Below are positions 30,043-38,891 of a DNA stretch of 64,000 nt, in pieces. Origin of the DNA: an uncultured Actinomycetes bacterium (GTDB lineage Bacteria; Actinomycetota; UBA4738; HRBIN12); NCBI GenBank assembly GCA_963704885.1, contig CAVPIB010000001.1, forward strand, positions 640,001 through 704,000, written 5' to 3'. The stretch's first letter is position 1. The number at the start of each line of letters is the position of its first letter. A program made the position numbers and the translations under genes. Below the pieces are notes generated by a model. The model did no database searches and was not told the origin of the DNA. It saw only the letters and a program-made list of their open reading frames with translations.

Positions 30043-30957
30043 ATGCGCTTCCACCGGCTCCTCCTCGTCGTGAACCCCGTCGCGCGGACGGTTTCCAAAC
30101 CCACGCTCGCGGTGATCGAGAAGGCTCTGTCGGCCGACTTCCGCCTCGAGGTCTCCGAGACCAAGGAGCGCGGTCATGCGAGCGAACTAGCCGCCCAGGC
30201 CGTGGCCGACGGGATCGACCTGGTGGTCGTCTTCTCCGGCGACGGCACCATAAATGAGGCGGTCAACGCCCTCGCCGGCACCGACACGGCCCTCGGCATA
30301 ATCCCCGGCGGTGCCACCAACATCCTGGTCCGCGCGCTCGGCCTGCCCACCGACCCGGTCGAGGCCACGGGCGTCCTGATCACCAAAGCGCTCGACGACG
30401 AGGCCTTCCGCCTCAATCTCGGCCGCGCCGACGGCCACTACTTCGCCGTCAACTGCGGCGCCGGTGTGGACGCGGCCGCCATGAAGCGGCTAGACGAGAA
30501 GTTCCCCAAGACGAAGGCGAAGTTCGACCGTGCCGCTTTCCGCGCCGTTGCCTGGGAGCTCCTCACCGGCTACGCGGGGCGCTCGCCCGACCTGGAGATC
30601 ACCATCGACGGTAGCGAACCCTCGCCCAGCCTGTCCGTCATGGTCGGCCGCACCGACCCGTACACCTACTACAAGGACCGCGGCCTCCGCATGACACCCG
30701 AGGCCTCGCTCGACACCGGGCTCGACGTGCTCTCGGTCCGCAAGCTGGCCCGTAGGAGCGTGCCGCGGATCGCTTGGCAGGTGTTCGGCTCAGCGCGTCA
30801 CGTGAAGGGCCGCGATATCCAGTACGTCCACGACGCCAAGCACGTTCTCGTCACCTCGAACGACCCGTTCCCCGTCCAGGTGGACGGGGACTCGCTCGGC
30901 GATCACCTCCGCTTGGAAGTGGAGCTGGCGCCCGAGGCGCTCTGGGTCGTCGCCTGA
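30043..30957 (+). CDS. Diacylglycerol/lipid kinase family protein
   Basis: VVNP, SGDGTINE, IPGGATN, QVDGD. Confidence 0.88.
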   Translation: MRFHRLLLVVNPVARTVSKPTLAVIEKALSADFRLEVSETKERGHASELAAQAVADGIDLVVVFSGDGTINEAVNALAGTDTALGIIPGGATNILVRALGLPTDPVEATGVLITKALDDEAFRLNLGRADGHYFAVNCGAGVDAAAMKRLDEKFPKTKAKFDRAAFRAVAWELLTGYAGRSPDLEITIDGSEPSPSLSVMVGRTDPYTYYKDRGLRMTPEASLDTGLDVLSVRKLARRSVPRIAWQVFGSARHVKGRDIQYVHDAKHVLVTSNDPFPVQVDGDSLGDHLRLEVELAPEALWVVA

Positions 30958-31676
30958 GCCTGATCCGGCGTCAACTGGATCCCGCACTCCCACTTCGACA
31001 ATCCGGCCCACCGTCCCGCTCGCTCCGGCTCGTCGGGGAACCGCATCCGGGTGCAGGGTGCGCAACCGATCGATGCGTAACCCAGGTCGTAGAGCGGGTT
31101 GTGGGGCAGGTCGTGCTCCCTCAGGTACCCCCAAACCTGCTCGTGAGACCACGCCGCCATCGGGTTGATCTTCACGATCCATCTACCAGGTTCCAGCTCG
31201 TACTGCTGCACGAACGGGGCGTCGGCGCGGGTCGGTGAGGACTCTCGACGGAACGCTGTGATCCATGCGTCCAGCTCGCGTAGCGCCTGGAACATCGGCT
31301 GGACCTTGTTCCGCTCGCAGCATCGCTCTGGGTCGCGTTCGAACAGCCGCGGACCGAGAACCTCAGCCTGCTCCGCCACCGTGTGCTCGCCGACCAGATC
31401 CACCACGTTCAGCCCGATGCGCTCCGCGAACTGCTCCTTGAACGCGAGCGTCTCCGCGAACTGGTAGCCGGTCTCTAGGAAGAGGATGGGTATATCGGGG
31501 CGGATCTGCGTAGCCAGATGCATCACGATGGTCCCCTCAGCCTGGAAGGCGGATGCGATCGCGATCCGTTCCAGGCCGGAACGCTCGAGCGCCCACGCCA
31601 AGATCTCGCGGGGATGGGTGACTTCGAACGCCGTGTTGAGCTCAGCGAGCTCGTCGGCTGGAAGGAGTGTCTGCAC
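30903..31676 (-). CDS. cysH: APS/PAPS reductase (Fe-S, APS-reductase type)
   Basis: LETGYQFAET, CC..NKVQP, YASIGCAPCT, RAGRW...KWECGI. Confidence 0.9.
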   Translation of the reverse strand: MQTLLPADELAELNTAFEVTHPREILAWALERSGLERIAIASAFQAEGTIVMHLATQIRPDIPILFLETGYQFAETLAFKEQFAERIGLNVVDLVGEHTVAEQAEVLGPRLFERDPERCCERNKVQPMFQALRELDAWITAFRRESSPTRADAPFVQQYELEPGRWIVKINPMAAWSHEQVWGYLREHDLPHNPLYDLGYASIGCAPCTRMRFPDEPERAGRWAGLSKWECGIQLTPDQAQATTQSASGASSTSKRR

Positions 31677-31749
31677 CGGGGGGCGAGTCTACCCGAGGTC
31701 CGTTTCGTATGCTGGCGGGCCCCTGACCTCGACGAAAGGCTGATCCCAC

Positions 31750-32922
31750 ATGCCCGAGAACGTCCAGATCGCGCCCCACGGCGGCACCTTGGTGGACCTG
31801 ACGGTCGCCGGCGACGTCGCCGGCGTCCTTCGTGCCGAGGCCACCAACCTCCCCAAGCTCACGGTCTCCGACCGTGAGCTCGCCGACCTGGAGATGCTGG
31901 CCGTCGGCGCCCTAAGCCCGCTCACCGGGTTCCAGGGCGAGGCCGACTACAACTCGATCCTCGACACCATGCACCTGACGAACGGTCTGGCGTGGGCGAT
32001 CCCGGTCACCCTGTCGGTGGACGAGGATGGTTCGCACCGACTGGGCGGCGCGGAGTCGGTCGCGCTCTGCGCGACCGAGGGCGGCGAGCCGCTCGCGGTC
32101 CTGCGAGTCTCCGAGATCTACCGCCGGGACAAGGCTAAGGAGGCGCTCTCCGTCTACCGCACCGAGGACGTTGAGCATCCCGGCGTGAGCGCGCTCCACG
32201 ACGCCGGCGACTTCTGCGTCGCCGGGGAGCTGCAGGTGCTCGACCTGCCCTCCCACGACGACTTCCTGCCCTACCGGCTCACCCCCGCCCAGACGCGCGC
32301 CGCGTTCGCCGAGCGCGGATGGAACACGGTCGTCGGGTTCCAGACCCGCAACCCCATCCACCGGGCGCACGAGTACATCCAGAAGTGCGCGCTGGAGATC
32401 GTGGACGGCCTGCTCGTGCACCCGCTCGTCGGCGCCACCAAGGGAGACGACGTGCCCGCCGACGTCCGTATGCAGTGCTACGAGGCTCTGTTCGAGGGCT
32501 ACTACCCGAAGGACCGTGCCATGGTGAGCGTGTTCCCGGCCGCCATGCGGTACGCCGGTCCTCGCGAGGCCATCTGGCACGCCATCTGCCGCAAGAACTA
32601 CGGATGCACGCACTTCATCGTGGGCCGCGACCACGCGGGGGTCGGCACCTATTACGGCACATACGACGCCCAGCAGATCTTCACCGAGTTCGGGCCCGGC
32701 GAGCTGGGTATCACCACACTGAACTTCGAGCACTCGTTCTGGTGCCAGGCTTGCGAGGGCATGGCCTCCCCGAAGACCTGCCCCCACGGCGAGGAGACAC
32801 GCGTCTCGCTCTCAGGCACGAAGGTGCGCGAGATGCTCCGCGCGGGCGAGCGCCCGCCGCAGGAGTTCAGCCGCCCCGAGGTCGCCGACATCTTGATCGC
32901 AGCGATGCAGGGTGAGGGCTAG
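31750..32922 (+). CDS. sat: Sulfate adenylyltransferase
   Basis: [37 protein letters not shown]. Confidence 0.95.
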   Translation: MPENVQIAPHGGTLVDLTVAGDVAGVLRAEATNLPKLTVSDRELADLEMLAVGALSPLTGFQGEADYNSILDTMHLTNGLAWAIPVTLSVDEDGSHRLGGAESVALCATEGGEPLAVLRVSEIYRRDKAKEALSVYRTEDVEHPGVSALHDAGDFCVAGELQVLDLPSHDDFLPYRLTPAQTRAAFAERGWNTVVGFQTRNPIHRAHEYIQKCALEIVDGLLVHPLVGATKGDDVPADVRMQCYEALFEGYYPKDRAMVSVFPAAMRYAGPREAIWHAICRKNYGCTHFIVGRDHAGVGTYYGTYDAQQIFTEFGPGELGITTLNFEHSFWCQACEGMASPKTCPHGEETRVSLSGTKVREMLRAGERPPQEFSRPEVADILIAAMQGEG

Positions 32923-33010
32923 TCCTCGATCAATTCCTCAGCCAGCAGACCCATGACGTGCGAGTTCACGTGTCGACCCTGCACGAACTCCGAGCGCCTG
33001 AGCGTTCCCC

Positions 33011-33169
33011 AGCGTTCGCGTCGCTTCGATCGACGACCTCATCCGCATGAAGCGAGCGAGCGGACGAACGAAGGACCTGCTTCACCTGGAGCATCTGGCG
33101 GCGCTCCGTGAGGAGATCGAGGCGTTCCGCGCCCAAGGGCTCGATCCCCAGCAGGGCGACCCGAGTTGA
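33011..33169 (+). pseudogene. C-terminal remnant of a nucleotidyltransferase-like protein
   Basis: SVRVASIDDLIRMKRASGRTKDLLHLEHL resembles the 'ASLDDLI.MK.A.GR.KD' C-terminal motif; in-frame stop at 32999 and no start before the motif. Confidence 0.55.
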
Positions 33170-33248
33170 GTCGCCTCCGGGACCACTGGTAGCCTCCCTA
33201 GGACCCGTCCGAGGGCCCCTGGTGGTCCCGAACGAGGAGGCAGACGAT

Positions 33249-34307
33249 CTGAGGCAGGTCCCGTCGCGCACGTTCCTGCGCGTAACCATCGCCACGCTGA
33301 CCCTGGCCGGCGTGCTGCTCGGCGTGCCCGCCCAAGCCAGCACCAAGGATGAGCTGGACGCTGCCCGGGAGCAGCTCTCGGCCAAACGGGCCGAGATGGA
33401 CGATCTCACCCGCCTGTGGCAGGAGACCGAGACCGCCTACGCGTTGGCGCAAGATGCGGTCCGCGACGCCCGGTTCCAGATAGGTTCGCTCGAAGCCCGG
33501 CTCGTCCGCGTGCAGAAGAGGCTCGATGCTCAGGTGCGCTCGGTCTACATCTCCAGCGGCAACGCGGCGATCGGCGCGTTGTTAGGCTCGGACTCGTTCG
33601 CGGACTTCGCGGACCGATTGCAGTTCGCGACCAACATCGTGCAGGGCGGCGAGGACCTGGCCATATCGGTCTCCGTCGAGACCGAGCGCCTGCGGCGCGA
33701 ACGGGCACGGTTGACCCTCGAGGCGCAGAACGAGGCTCAGGCGGCCGCCTCACTGCAGAGCCAGAGGACGGCACTAGATGCGAAGCTCGGCGAGTTTCAA
33801 TCCACGGTGAACGAGCTCTATGAGAAGTACCAAGACCAACTGGATGCCCAGCAGGCGATCGGGCTGCCGCCGGCCGGGGGCGGGGGAGGCGGCGGCTCGT
33901 TCCCTCCGACTTCGTCCGGCGCTGTCTCGATCTGTCCGGTGCAAGGGCCGGTGTCGTTCGTAGATTCGTTCGGCTGGCCGCGTCCCGGAGGGCGCAGCCA
34001 TGAGGGGATCGACATGATCTCGCCCTACGGGACGCCGGTCGTGGCGGTCCATGGCGGCAACGCCGTGCAGTCCCCCAACTCGCTGGGCGGCAACGCCGTG
34101 ATCCTGTATCACGCCGGGAGCTCGGACTGGACCTACTACGCGCACTTCAGCTCGTACGGGGCCAGCGGCAACGTCGCTGCCGGTCAGGTGATCGGCTACG
34201 TGGGCGCCACCGGTGACACCGGCGTCAACCACCTGCACTTCGAGTATCACCCCGGCGGCGGCTCGGCGATCAACCCCTACCAGACGCTGCTCGCCGTCTG
34301 CTTCTAG
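33249..34307 (+). CDS. Secreted coiled-coil + M23 peptidase (EnvC-like architecture); probable CTG start
   Basis: GAGGAGG 8 nt before CTG; signal peptide; HEGID, YYAH, HLHFE motifs. Confidence 0.85.
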   Translation: MRQVPSRTFLRVTIATLTLAGVLLGVPAQASTKDELDAAREQLSAKRAEMDDLTRLWQETETAYALAQDAVRDARFQIGSLEARLVRVQKRLDAQVRSVYISSGNAAIGALLGSDSFADFADRLQFATNIVQGGEDLAISVSVETERLRRERARLTLEAQNEAQAAASLQSQRTALDAKLGEFQSTVNELYEKYQDQLDAQQAIGLPPAGGGGGGGSFPPTSSGAVSICPVQGPVSFVDSFGWPRPGGRSHEGIDMISPYGTPVVAVHGGNAVQSPNSLGGNAVILYHAGSSDWTYYAHFSSYGASGNVAAGQVIGYVGATGDTGVNHLHFEYHPGGGSAINPYQTLLAVCF

Positions 34308-34330
34308 TCGCGCGACGTAGGATGTGCGCC

Positions 34331-34867
34331 GTGAGCGACCAACGCACCGGCAACCGTCGCATCGACCGGATCCGCGACGAGGACTACGTCCGCGATCTGG
34401 ACGGGCTGGCTCTCGACGATCTCCGGACCCGTCGCGACGACTGCCTGGCCGAGCGCGAGTACCTCTCGCTTCTCCGTCGGCTGGTCCAGGGACGCGCGGA
34501 GATCCTCCGCGCAGAGCTGGACGCACGTGAAGCAGGTGAGGACCGTGGTCCGTTGGTGGATCGCCTGGCCCAGATACTGGCGGGGGACGAGCAGTCCAGC
34601 GGCTCCCGCGGGGAGGCGGTCCGGGTGGGGCTACCCGAGGAGGAGATGCTGCTCGCCCGCCGCCGGATCGAGCGGTTGGTCGCCGATGCCGGCATCTCCG
34701 ATCCGGCGTCCCTCGACGACGAGAAGCTGTCCGCCGCGGTCGAGCTGTTGGCGACCGAGGAGCGCGAGGTCTCGGGTGCGCGGGCCGACGTCATCCGCGT
34801 CCTGGATGCCTTGCAGGACGAGCTGAAGCGCCGGTACCGGGAGGACCCGACGCTCGTCCTCAGCTGA
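34331..34867 (+). CDS. RsiG/AmfC-family anti-sigma-like protein
   Basis: RRIDRI...LRTRRD...LSLLRRLVQGR and EREVSGAR..VI..LD...ELKRRYRE; adjacent to asparaginase II. Confidence 0.75.
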   Translation: MSDQRTGNRRIDRIRDEDYVRDLDGLALDDLRTRRDDCLAEREYLSLLRRLVQGRAEILRAELDAREAGEDRGPLVDRLAQILAGDEQSSGSRGEAVRVGLPEEEMLLARRRIERLVADAGISDPASLDDEKLSAAVELLATEEREVSGARADVIRVLDALQDELKRRYREDPTLVLS

Positions 34868-34883
34868 GCGCCGGGGTTGAGCG

Positions 34884-35894
34884 TTGGGCGCCGTCCCGCT
34901 CGTCCACGTCATCCGCTCCGGCCTGGTCGAATCCGTCCACCTGGGTCACGTGGCGGTGTGCGACGCCGACGGCCGGCTGGTCGCCTGGGCCGGTGACCCG
35001 AAGCGTCCCGTGTTCGCGCGTTCCTGCATGAAGCCGCTGCAGGCGGCGGTCTCGCTGAAGGCGATCGACGAACCGATGCCCGACCGGGAGGTGGCCGTGA
35101 TGTGCGCCTCGCACAACGGAGAGCCGATCCATGTGGGCGCCGTGAAGGCGGTACTGAAGCGCGCCGGGCTCGGGCCAGATGCGCTTCGCAACCCGCCCGA
35201 CTGGCCGCTGGACCCCGAGGCGATGGCCTCGGCGCACCTCAAGCACCGATTGTTCATGGATTGCTCGGGCAAGCATGCCGGGATGCTCCTGGCCTGCGTT
35301 CGTGCCGGCTGGGACACGGACACCTACATGCGCTCCAGCCATCCGCTGCAACGTCGTGTGCTGCGGGCCGTGCTCCGAGCCACCGACCTGGAAGGGGTGA
35401 CGGTCGGCGTCGATGGGTGCGGCGTTCCCGTGCACGGCATGCCGCTTCGATCCATGGCCACGCTGTTCGCGCGCCTGGCCGAGCCCGAGCGACTCGGAGA
35501 CCTGGGCTCCGATGTGGATCGGGCCGTCGAGGCGATGCTCGCGGAGCCGTACCTCGTAGGCGGGCGTCACGGCTGGGATACCGAGGTCATGAAGGTGACC
35601 GGCGACGTCGTGGCCAAGTGCGGGGCCGAGTCGCTCGAGTGCGCGGCCATCCTGCCCTCCGGTCTGGGTGTCGCCGTGAAGATCGAAGACGGGGGCGACC
35701 GTGCGGGTGCGCCCGCCGTCATCTCCGTGCTGCGCCAGCTGAACAGCCTCTCCTCGGCGCAGGCCCGGGAGCTGACTCCGTTCGGCGAACCGGAGGTGAT
35801 GGGCGGCGGGAAGCCGGTCGGTCGCCTGGAGTCCGTCTTCCAGCTCCATTGGCGGGGCAAGGGATCGACAGCCCGAAAGGGCGGTCGCGCGTAA
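34884..35894 (+). CDS. L-asparaginase II family protein
   Basis: RSGLVESVH, RSCMKPLQA, CASHNGE, CSGKHAGML, DGCGVP, KIEDG. Confidence 0.88.
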   Translation: MGAVPLVHVIRSGLVESVHLGHVAVCDADGRLVAWAGDPKRPVFARSCMKPLQAAVSLKAIDEPMPDREVAVMCASHNGEPIHVGAVKAVLKRAGLGPDALRNPPDWPLDPEAMASAHLKHRLFMDCSGKHAGMLLACVRAGWDTDTYMRSSHPLQRRVLRAVLRATDLEGVTVGVDGCGVPVHGMPLRSMATLFARLAEPERLGDLGSDVDRAVEAMLAEPYLVGGRHGWDTEVMKVTGDVVAKCGAESLECAAILPSGLGVAVKIEDGGDRAGAPAVISVLRQLNSLSSAQARELTPFGEPEVMGGGKPVGRLESVFQLHWRGKGSTARKGGRA

Positions 35895-35903
35895 CATCGC
35901 TTG

Positions 35904-37142
35904 ATGGCCCCACCTCGCGTCGCGGTGCTCTCGGTGCACACGTCGCCGCTTGACCAGCCCGGCTCGGGCGACTCCGGCGGGATGAACGTGTACATCCGCG
36001 CGGTGGCCGAACGTCTCACGGAGCACGAGATCGAGGTCGACCTGTTCACGCGCCGCCGCGGCGGAGACGTCGAGGACATCATCGACATCGCGCCGGGCGT
36101 TCGGGTGCTCAACGTGAAGGCCGGACCCTACGCCCCGATACCCAAGACCGATCTCCCTCGCTATCTGCCGGAGTTCCTTGGGGGCGTGTTGCGCCGCGCC
36201 CGTCAAGACGGGCGCGGCTACGACATCCTGCACAGCCATTACTGGTTGTCGGGCTGGGTCGGCAGCTCCGCCAAGGAGATCTGGGGCGTCCCGCTGGTGG
36301 CGTCGTTCCATACCCTCGGCAAGGTGAAGAACTACTCCTTAGCCGGTGGGGAGCAACCTGAGCCGCCCGCCCGTCTGGCCGGCGAGGAACGGGTGATCGC
36401 GGGCGCGGATCGGATCTTGGCGCCGACGCCGGCGGAGGCTGCGCAGCTTGTCGGTCTGTATCGGGCCGATCCCGGTCACATCCGGATCGTCCCGCCGGGC
36501 GTCGACCACACGATCTTCTTCCCGCGCAAGCGCGCCGACGCGCGTGAGCGGCTCCACCTCTCTGGCCTGAGGCTGGCCGTCTACGTGGGGCGACTCCAGC
36601 CGCACAAGGGACCCGACATCGCCGTGCGCACGCTGGCCGAGGCGGTGGCTCGCGATCCCGAGCTCACGCGCGACCTGATGCTCGCGATCGTCGGAGGTCC
36701 GAGCGGTACCGGCCAAGGGGTCGAGGTGGCGCGGCTCATGGAGCTCGCCTCCGCGCTCGGCGTCAGCCACCGGGTGATCCTCTTCCCGCCGTTGCCGCAG
36801 GCGCGCCTGGCCGATGTCTACGCGGCGGCGGACGTGGTGCTGGTCCCGTCCCGATCGGAGTCGTTCGGTCTGGTGGCGCTCGAGTCGCAGGCGTGCGGCA
36901 CGCCGGTCGTGGCGGCATCCGTCGGTGGTCTGCGGTTCGTGGTGTCTGACGGGCGCACCGGATTCCTGGTTGAGGGTCACGACCCGTCCGATCACGCCGA
37001 TCGCATGCTGCGGATCCTGGCCGACCCGGTCCTGGCCGCCGACCTGGGCGTCGCGGCCGCCCGCGAGGCGCTGAGGTTCACCTGGGACGCGACGGCGTCC
37101 CAGCTGGCCGGGATCTACCGCGAGCTGACGGCGGCATCGTGA
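35904..37142 (+). CDS. mshA: D-inositol-3-phosphate glycosyltransferase (mycothiol synthesis)
   Basis: SVHTSPLDQPGSGDSGGMNVY, HSHYWLSG, GRLQPHKGPD, SESFGLVALE. Confidence 0.9.
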   Translation: MAPPRVAVLSVHTSPLDQPGSGDSGGMNVYIRAVAERLTEHEIEVDLFTRRRGGDVEDIIDIAPGVRVLNVKAGPYAPIPKTDLPRYLPEFLGGVLRRARQDGRGYDILHSHYWLSGWVGSSAKEIWGVPLVASFHTLGKVKNYSLAGGEQPEPPARLAGEERVIAGADRILAPTPAEAAQLVGLYRADPGHIRIVPPGVDHTIFFPRKRADARERLHLSGLRLAVYVGRLQPHKGPDIAVRTLAEAVARDPELTRDLMLAIVGGPSGTGQGVEVARLMELASALGVSHRVILFPPLPQARLADVYAAADVVLVPSRSESFGLVALESQACGTPVVAASVGGLRFVVSDGRTGFLVEGHDPSDHADRMLRILADPVLAADLGVAAAREALRFTWDATASQLAGIYRELTAAS

Positions 37143-37681
37143 TAGCCGGCGAACGGGTCACGCTTCGCCCGGTCGCCGAACAGGACTACCCGTTGATACA
37201 GGCGTGGCAGAACGACCCCGAGGTCTGGTGGCTGATGGACTACGAGGGTCCGTTCTCCCTGGCGGACATAGCCGAGAGCGAGCGGCGCGCTCGCGAGGAG
37301 GGGCATCCCTACACCGTCGAGTTCGAGGGACGTCCCATCGGGCGGATCGGCTTGAACAACATCCGTCGCCGTGACCGGATCTGCGCCCTGTACGTGTTCC
37401 TCGGCGATCGCTCGGCGTGGGGCGACGGTCTGGGGACCGACGCCATCGACGCCTTGCTGGCCCATGCGTTCGACCGGTTCGATCTTCATCAGGTCGAGCT
37501 CTGGTCGTTGGCCGACAACGAACGGGCGATCCGCGCCTACCGGCATTGCGGGTTCCACGAGACGGCGCGGCTCGCGGATCGCTCTTGGAAGGACGGTCGA
37601 TGGGTGGATCACGTCGTCATGACGGTGACGCCCGAAGTGTTCCGTAAGACCCGCATGGCCCGTGACCAGCGGGAACGCTGA
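37139..37681 (+). CDS. RimJ/RimL-like GNAT acetyltransferase
   Basis: VTLRPV, WGDGLGT, NERAIRAYRHCGF. Confidence 0.85.
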   Translation: MIAGERVTLRPVAEQDYPLIQAWQNDPEVWWLMDYEGPFSLADIAESERRAREEGHPYTVEFEGRPIGRIGLNNIRRRDRICALYVFLGDRSAWGDGLGTDAIDALLAHAFDRFDLHQVELWSLADNERAIRAYRHCGFHETARLADRSWKDGRWVDHVVMTVTPEVFRKTRMARDQRER

Positions 37682-37768
37682 CATCGACCTCACGCTCCGC
37701 CGATTTGTCACTCTTTGTCTCAGGCCTTCTACCTGCGGATATATACCCTGACCTGCGGAAACATGAAG

Positions 37769-37797
37769 TTGACCGCGCCTCGACTCGCCGCTAGATT
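37769..37797 (+). promoter_or_regulatory. Sigma-A-type promoter of the putative ncRNA
   Basis: TTGACC-N17-TAGATT; predicted start near G37805; ACCTGCGGA direct repeats at 37731 and 37751 upstream. Confidence 0.75.
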
Positions 37798-37804
37798 TCG
37801 CTTC

Positions 37805-38173
37805 GCTCCAAGCAGTCGAAGTGCCGACGCGAAGGAACCGGACGGAGCACCGGAGAAGCCGCAAGGTGGATCAGGTGCTCCAGGCTCGGGTAGGCCGCAA
37901 GGCCGAAGCGAGCCGGCTGGGAAGGTCGCAAGGCCGGAACGGCGCCTCAGTCAGGCGAACCGCAAGGGGAGCAGGGCCGGGGCACCGCCGCCGGGCAAGC
38001 CGCAAGGCGAGCCCACGGCGGCGGGCCGTCGGGAACGCCGCAAGGCGGGCCCGCGGGGTCCGGGAGGCCGCGCGATGGCGCGGAGGTTGCTTGGAGCACC
38101 AGAGCCCGAGGGGCTGACGGTGGCTGGGAGCTTCGGTTCCCGGCGAGCCGGAGGTCCCTCGGGTTCTCTATTT
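37805..38173 (+). ncRNA. Unrecognised large structured RNA with six GCAA-tetraloop arms
   Basis: Closing stem 37805-37817/38085-38097; inner stem 37838-37843/38058-38063; CGCAAGG hairpin loops at 37861, 37897, 37928, 37962, 38002, 38040; many G-U pairs favour the + strand. Confidence 0.75.
38101..38173 (+). terminator. Long terminal hairpin with C(UUCG)G loop
   Basis: AGAGCCCGAGGG/CCCTCGGGTTCT outer stem, GCTGGGAGC-TTCG-GTTCCCGGC apex, followed by CTATTT. Confidence 0.65.
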
Positions 38174-38204
38174 CGTGACCCTCATCGGCTACTGTCCCGA
38201 TGCC

Positions 38205-38849
38205 ATGGGAACCGCAAGCACGCGACCGACCGACGCCTCCGCTCGTCGCGATCAGACCGTCGAGGTGGCGATGCGCCATTTCGCTGAGCGCGGGTACCGC
38301 GGCGCACGCGTCGAGGACATCGCCACAGAGGTCGGGGTCGCCAAGGGCACGGTCTTCCTGGACTTCACCTCGAAGGAAGGACTGTTCCTGGCGGCTTACC
38401 AACGGGCGGTCTCGATGCTCCCGGCGTGGCTGGATGCACCCTCGGAGATCGTGGAGCAGGGGTTCTGGGCCATCGTGGACTGGTGGCTGGAGCGCACGGA
38501 GGAGATGGGAGAACAGGACTGGGTGGCCAACCGGGTCTCCATGATGGGCCGCAACGACACGGGGTTGGGGCTCCGGCGGCCGATCGACAGGTTCATGCGG
38601 AGCGAGGATCCCTACGGCACGCTCGAGTTCGTGGAGTTCGGCGTGCGGCGCGGGGAGGTTCGCGACGATGTCGACGCCGAGATGCTCGCCTCCATGCTCG
38701 ATTGGCTGGCCGTGAGGTTCCAGGACGCGCTGGTCTCGGTGGACCTCGATCCGGGCCTGATCCACCGCAAGCCGGAACGCCGTTCGATGCGCATCAAGGA
38801 GTTCGTAGAGGTGCTGCGTGGCGGCATCGATGTCCAGCCCGAGGACTGA
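38205..38849 (+). CDS. TetR-family regulator
   Basis: FAERGYRGARVEDIATEVGVAKGTVF.DF.SKEGLF HTH. Confidence 0.88.
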   Translation: MGTASTRPTDASARRDQTVEVAMRHFAERGYRGARVEDIATEVGVAKGTVFLDFTSKEGLFLAAYQRAVSMLPAWLDAPSEIVEQGFWAIVDWWLERTEEMGEQDWVANRVSMMGRNDTGLGLRRPIDRFMRSEDPYGTLEFVEFGVRRGEVRDDVDAEMLASMLDWLAVRFQDALVSVDLDPGLIHRKPERRSMRIKEFVEVLRGGIDVQPED

Positions 38850-38891
38850 TACTCCGATGCGGTACGGTGTGCGGCTGGTGAGGAGCGGACG

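Noticed and set aside
33110-33232. Riboswitch (e.g. c-di-AMP/ydaO) upstream of the M23 peptidase
   Set aside because: No ydaO consensus seen; the first stems fall in the nucleotidyltransferase remnant, leaving only a 9-bp inverted repeat.
37855-38050. CRISPR array interpretation of the CGCAAGG repeats
   Set aside because: Conserved core is only ~7 nt, period is 31-40 nt, the intervening sequence is self-complementary, and no cas genes are present.
37715-38287. ORFs overlapping the structured RNA (37715-38287 with repeated KPQG, 37821-38117)
   Set aside because: The peptide repeats are a by-product of CCGCAAGG hairpins; composition is low-complexity and the promoter lies inside the ORF.
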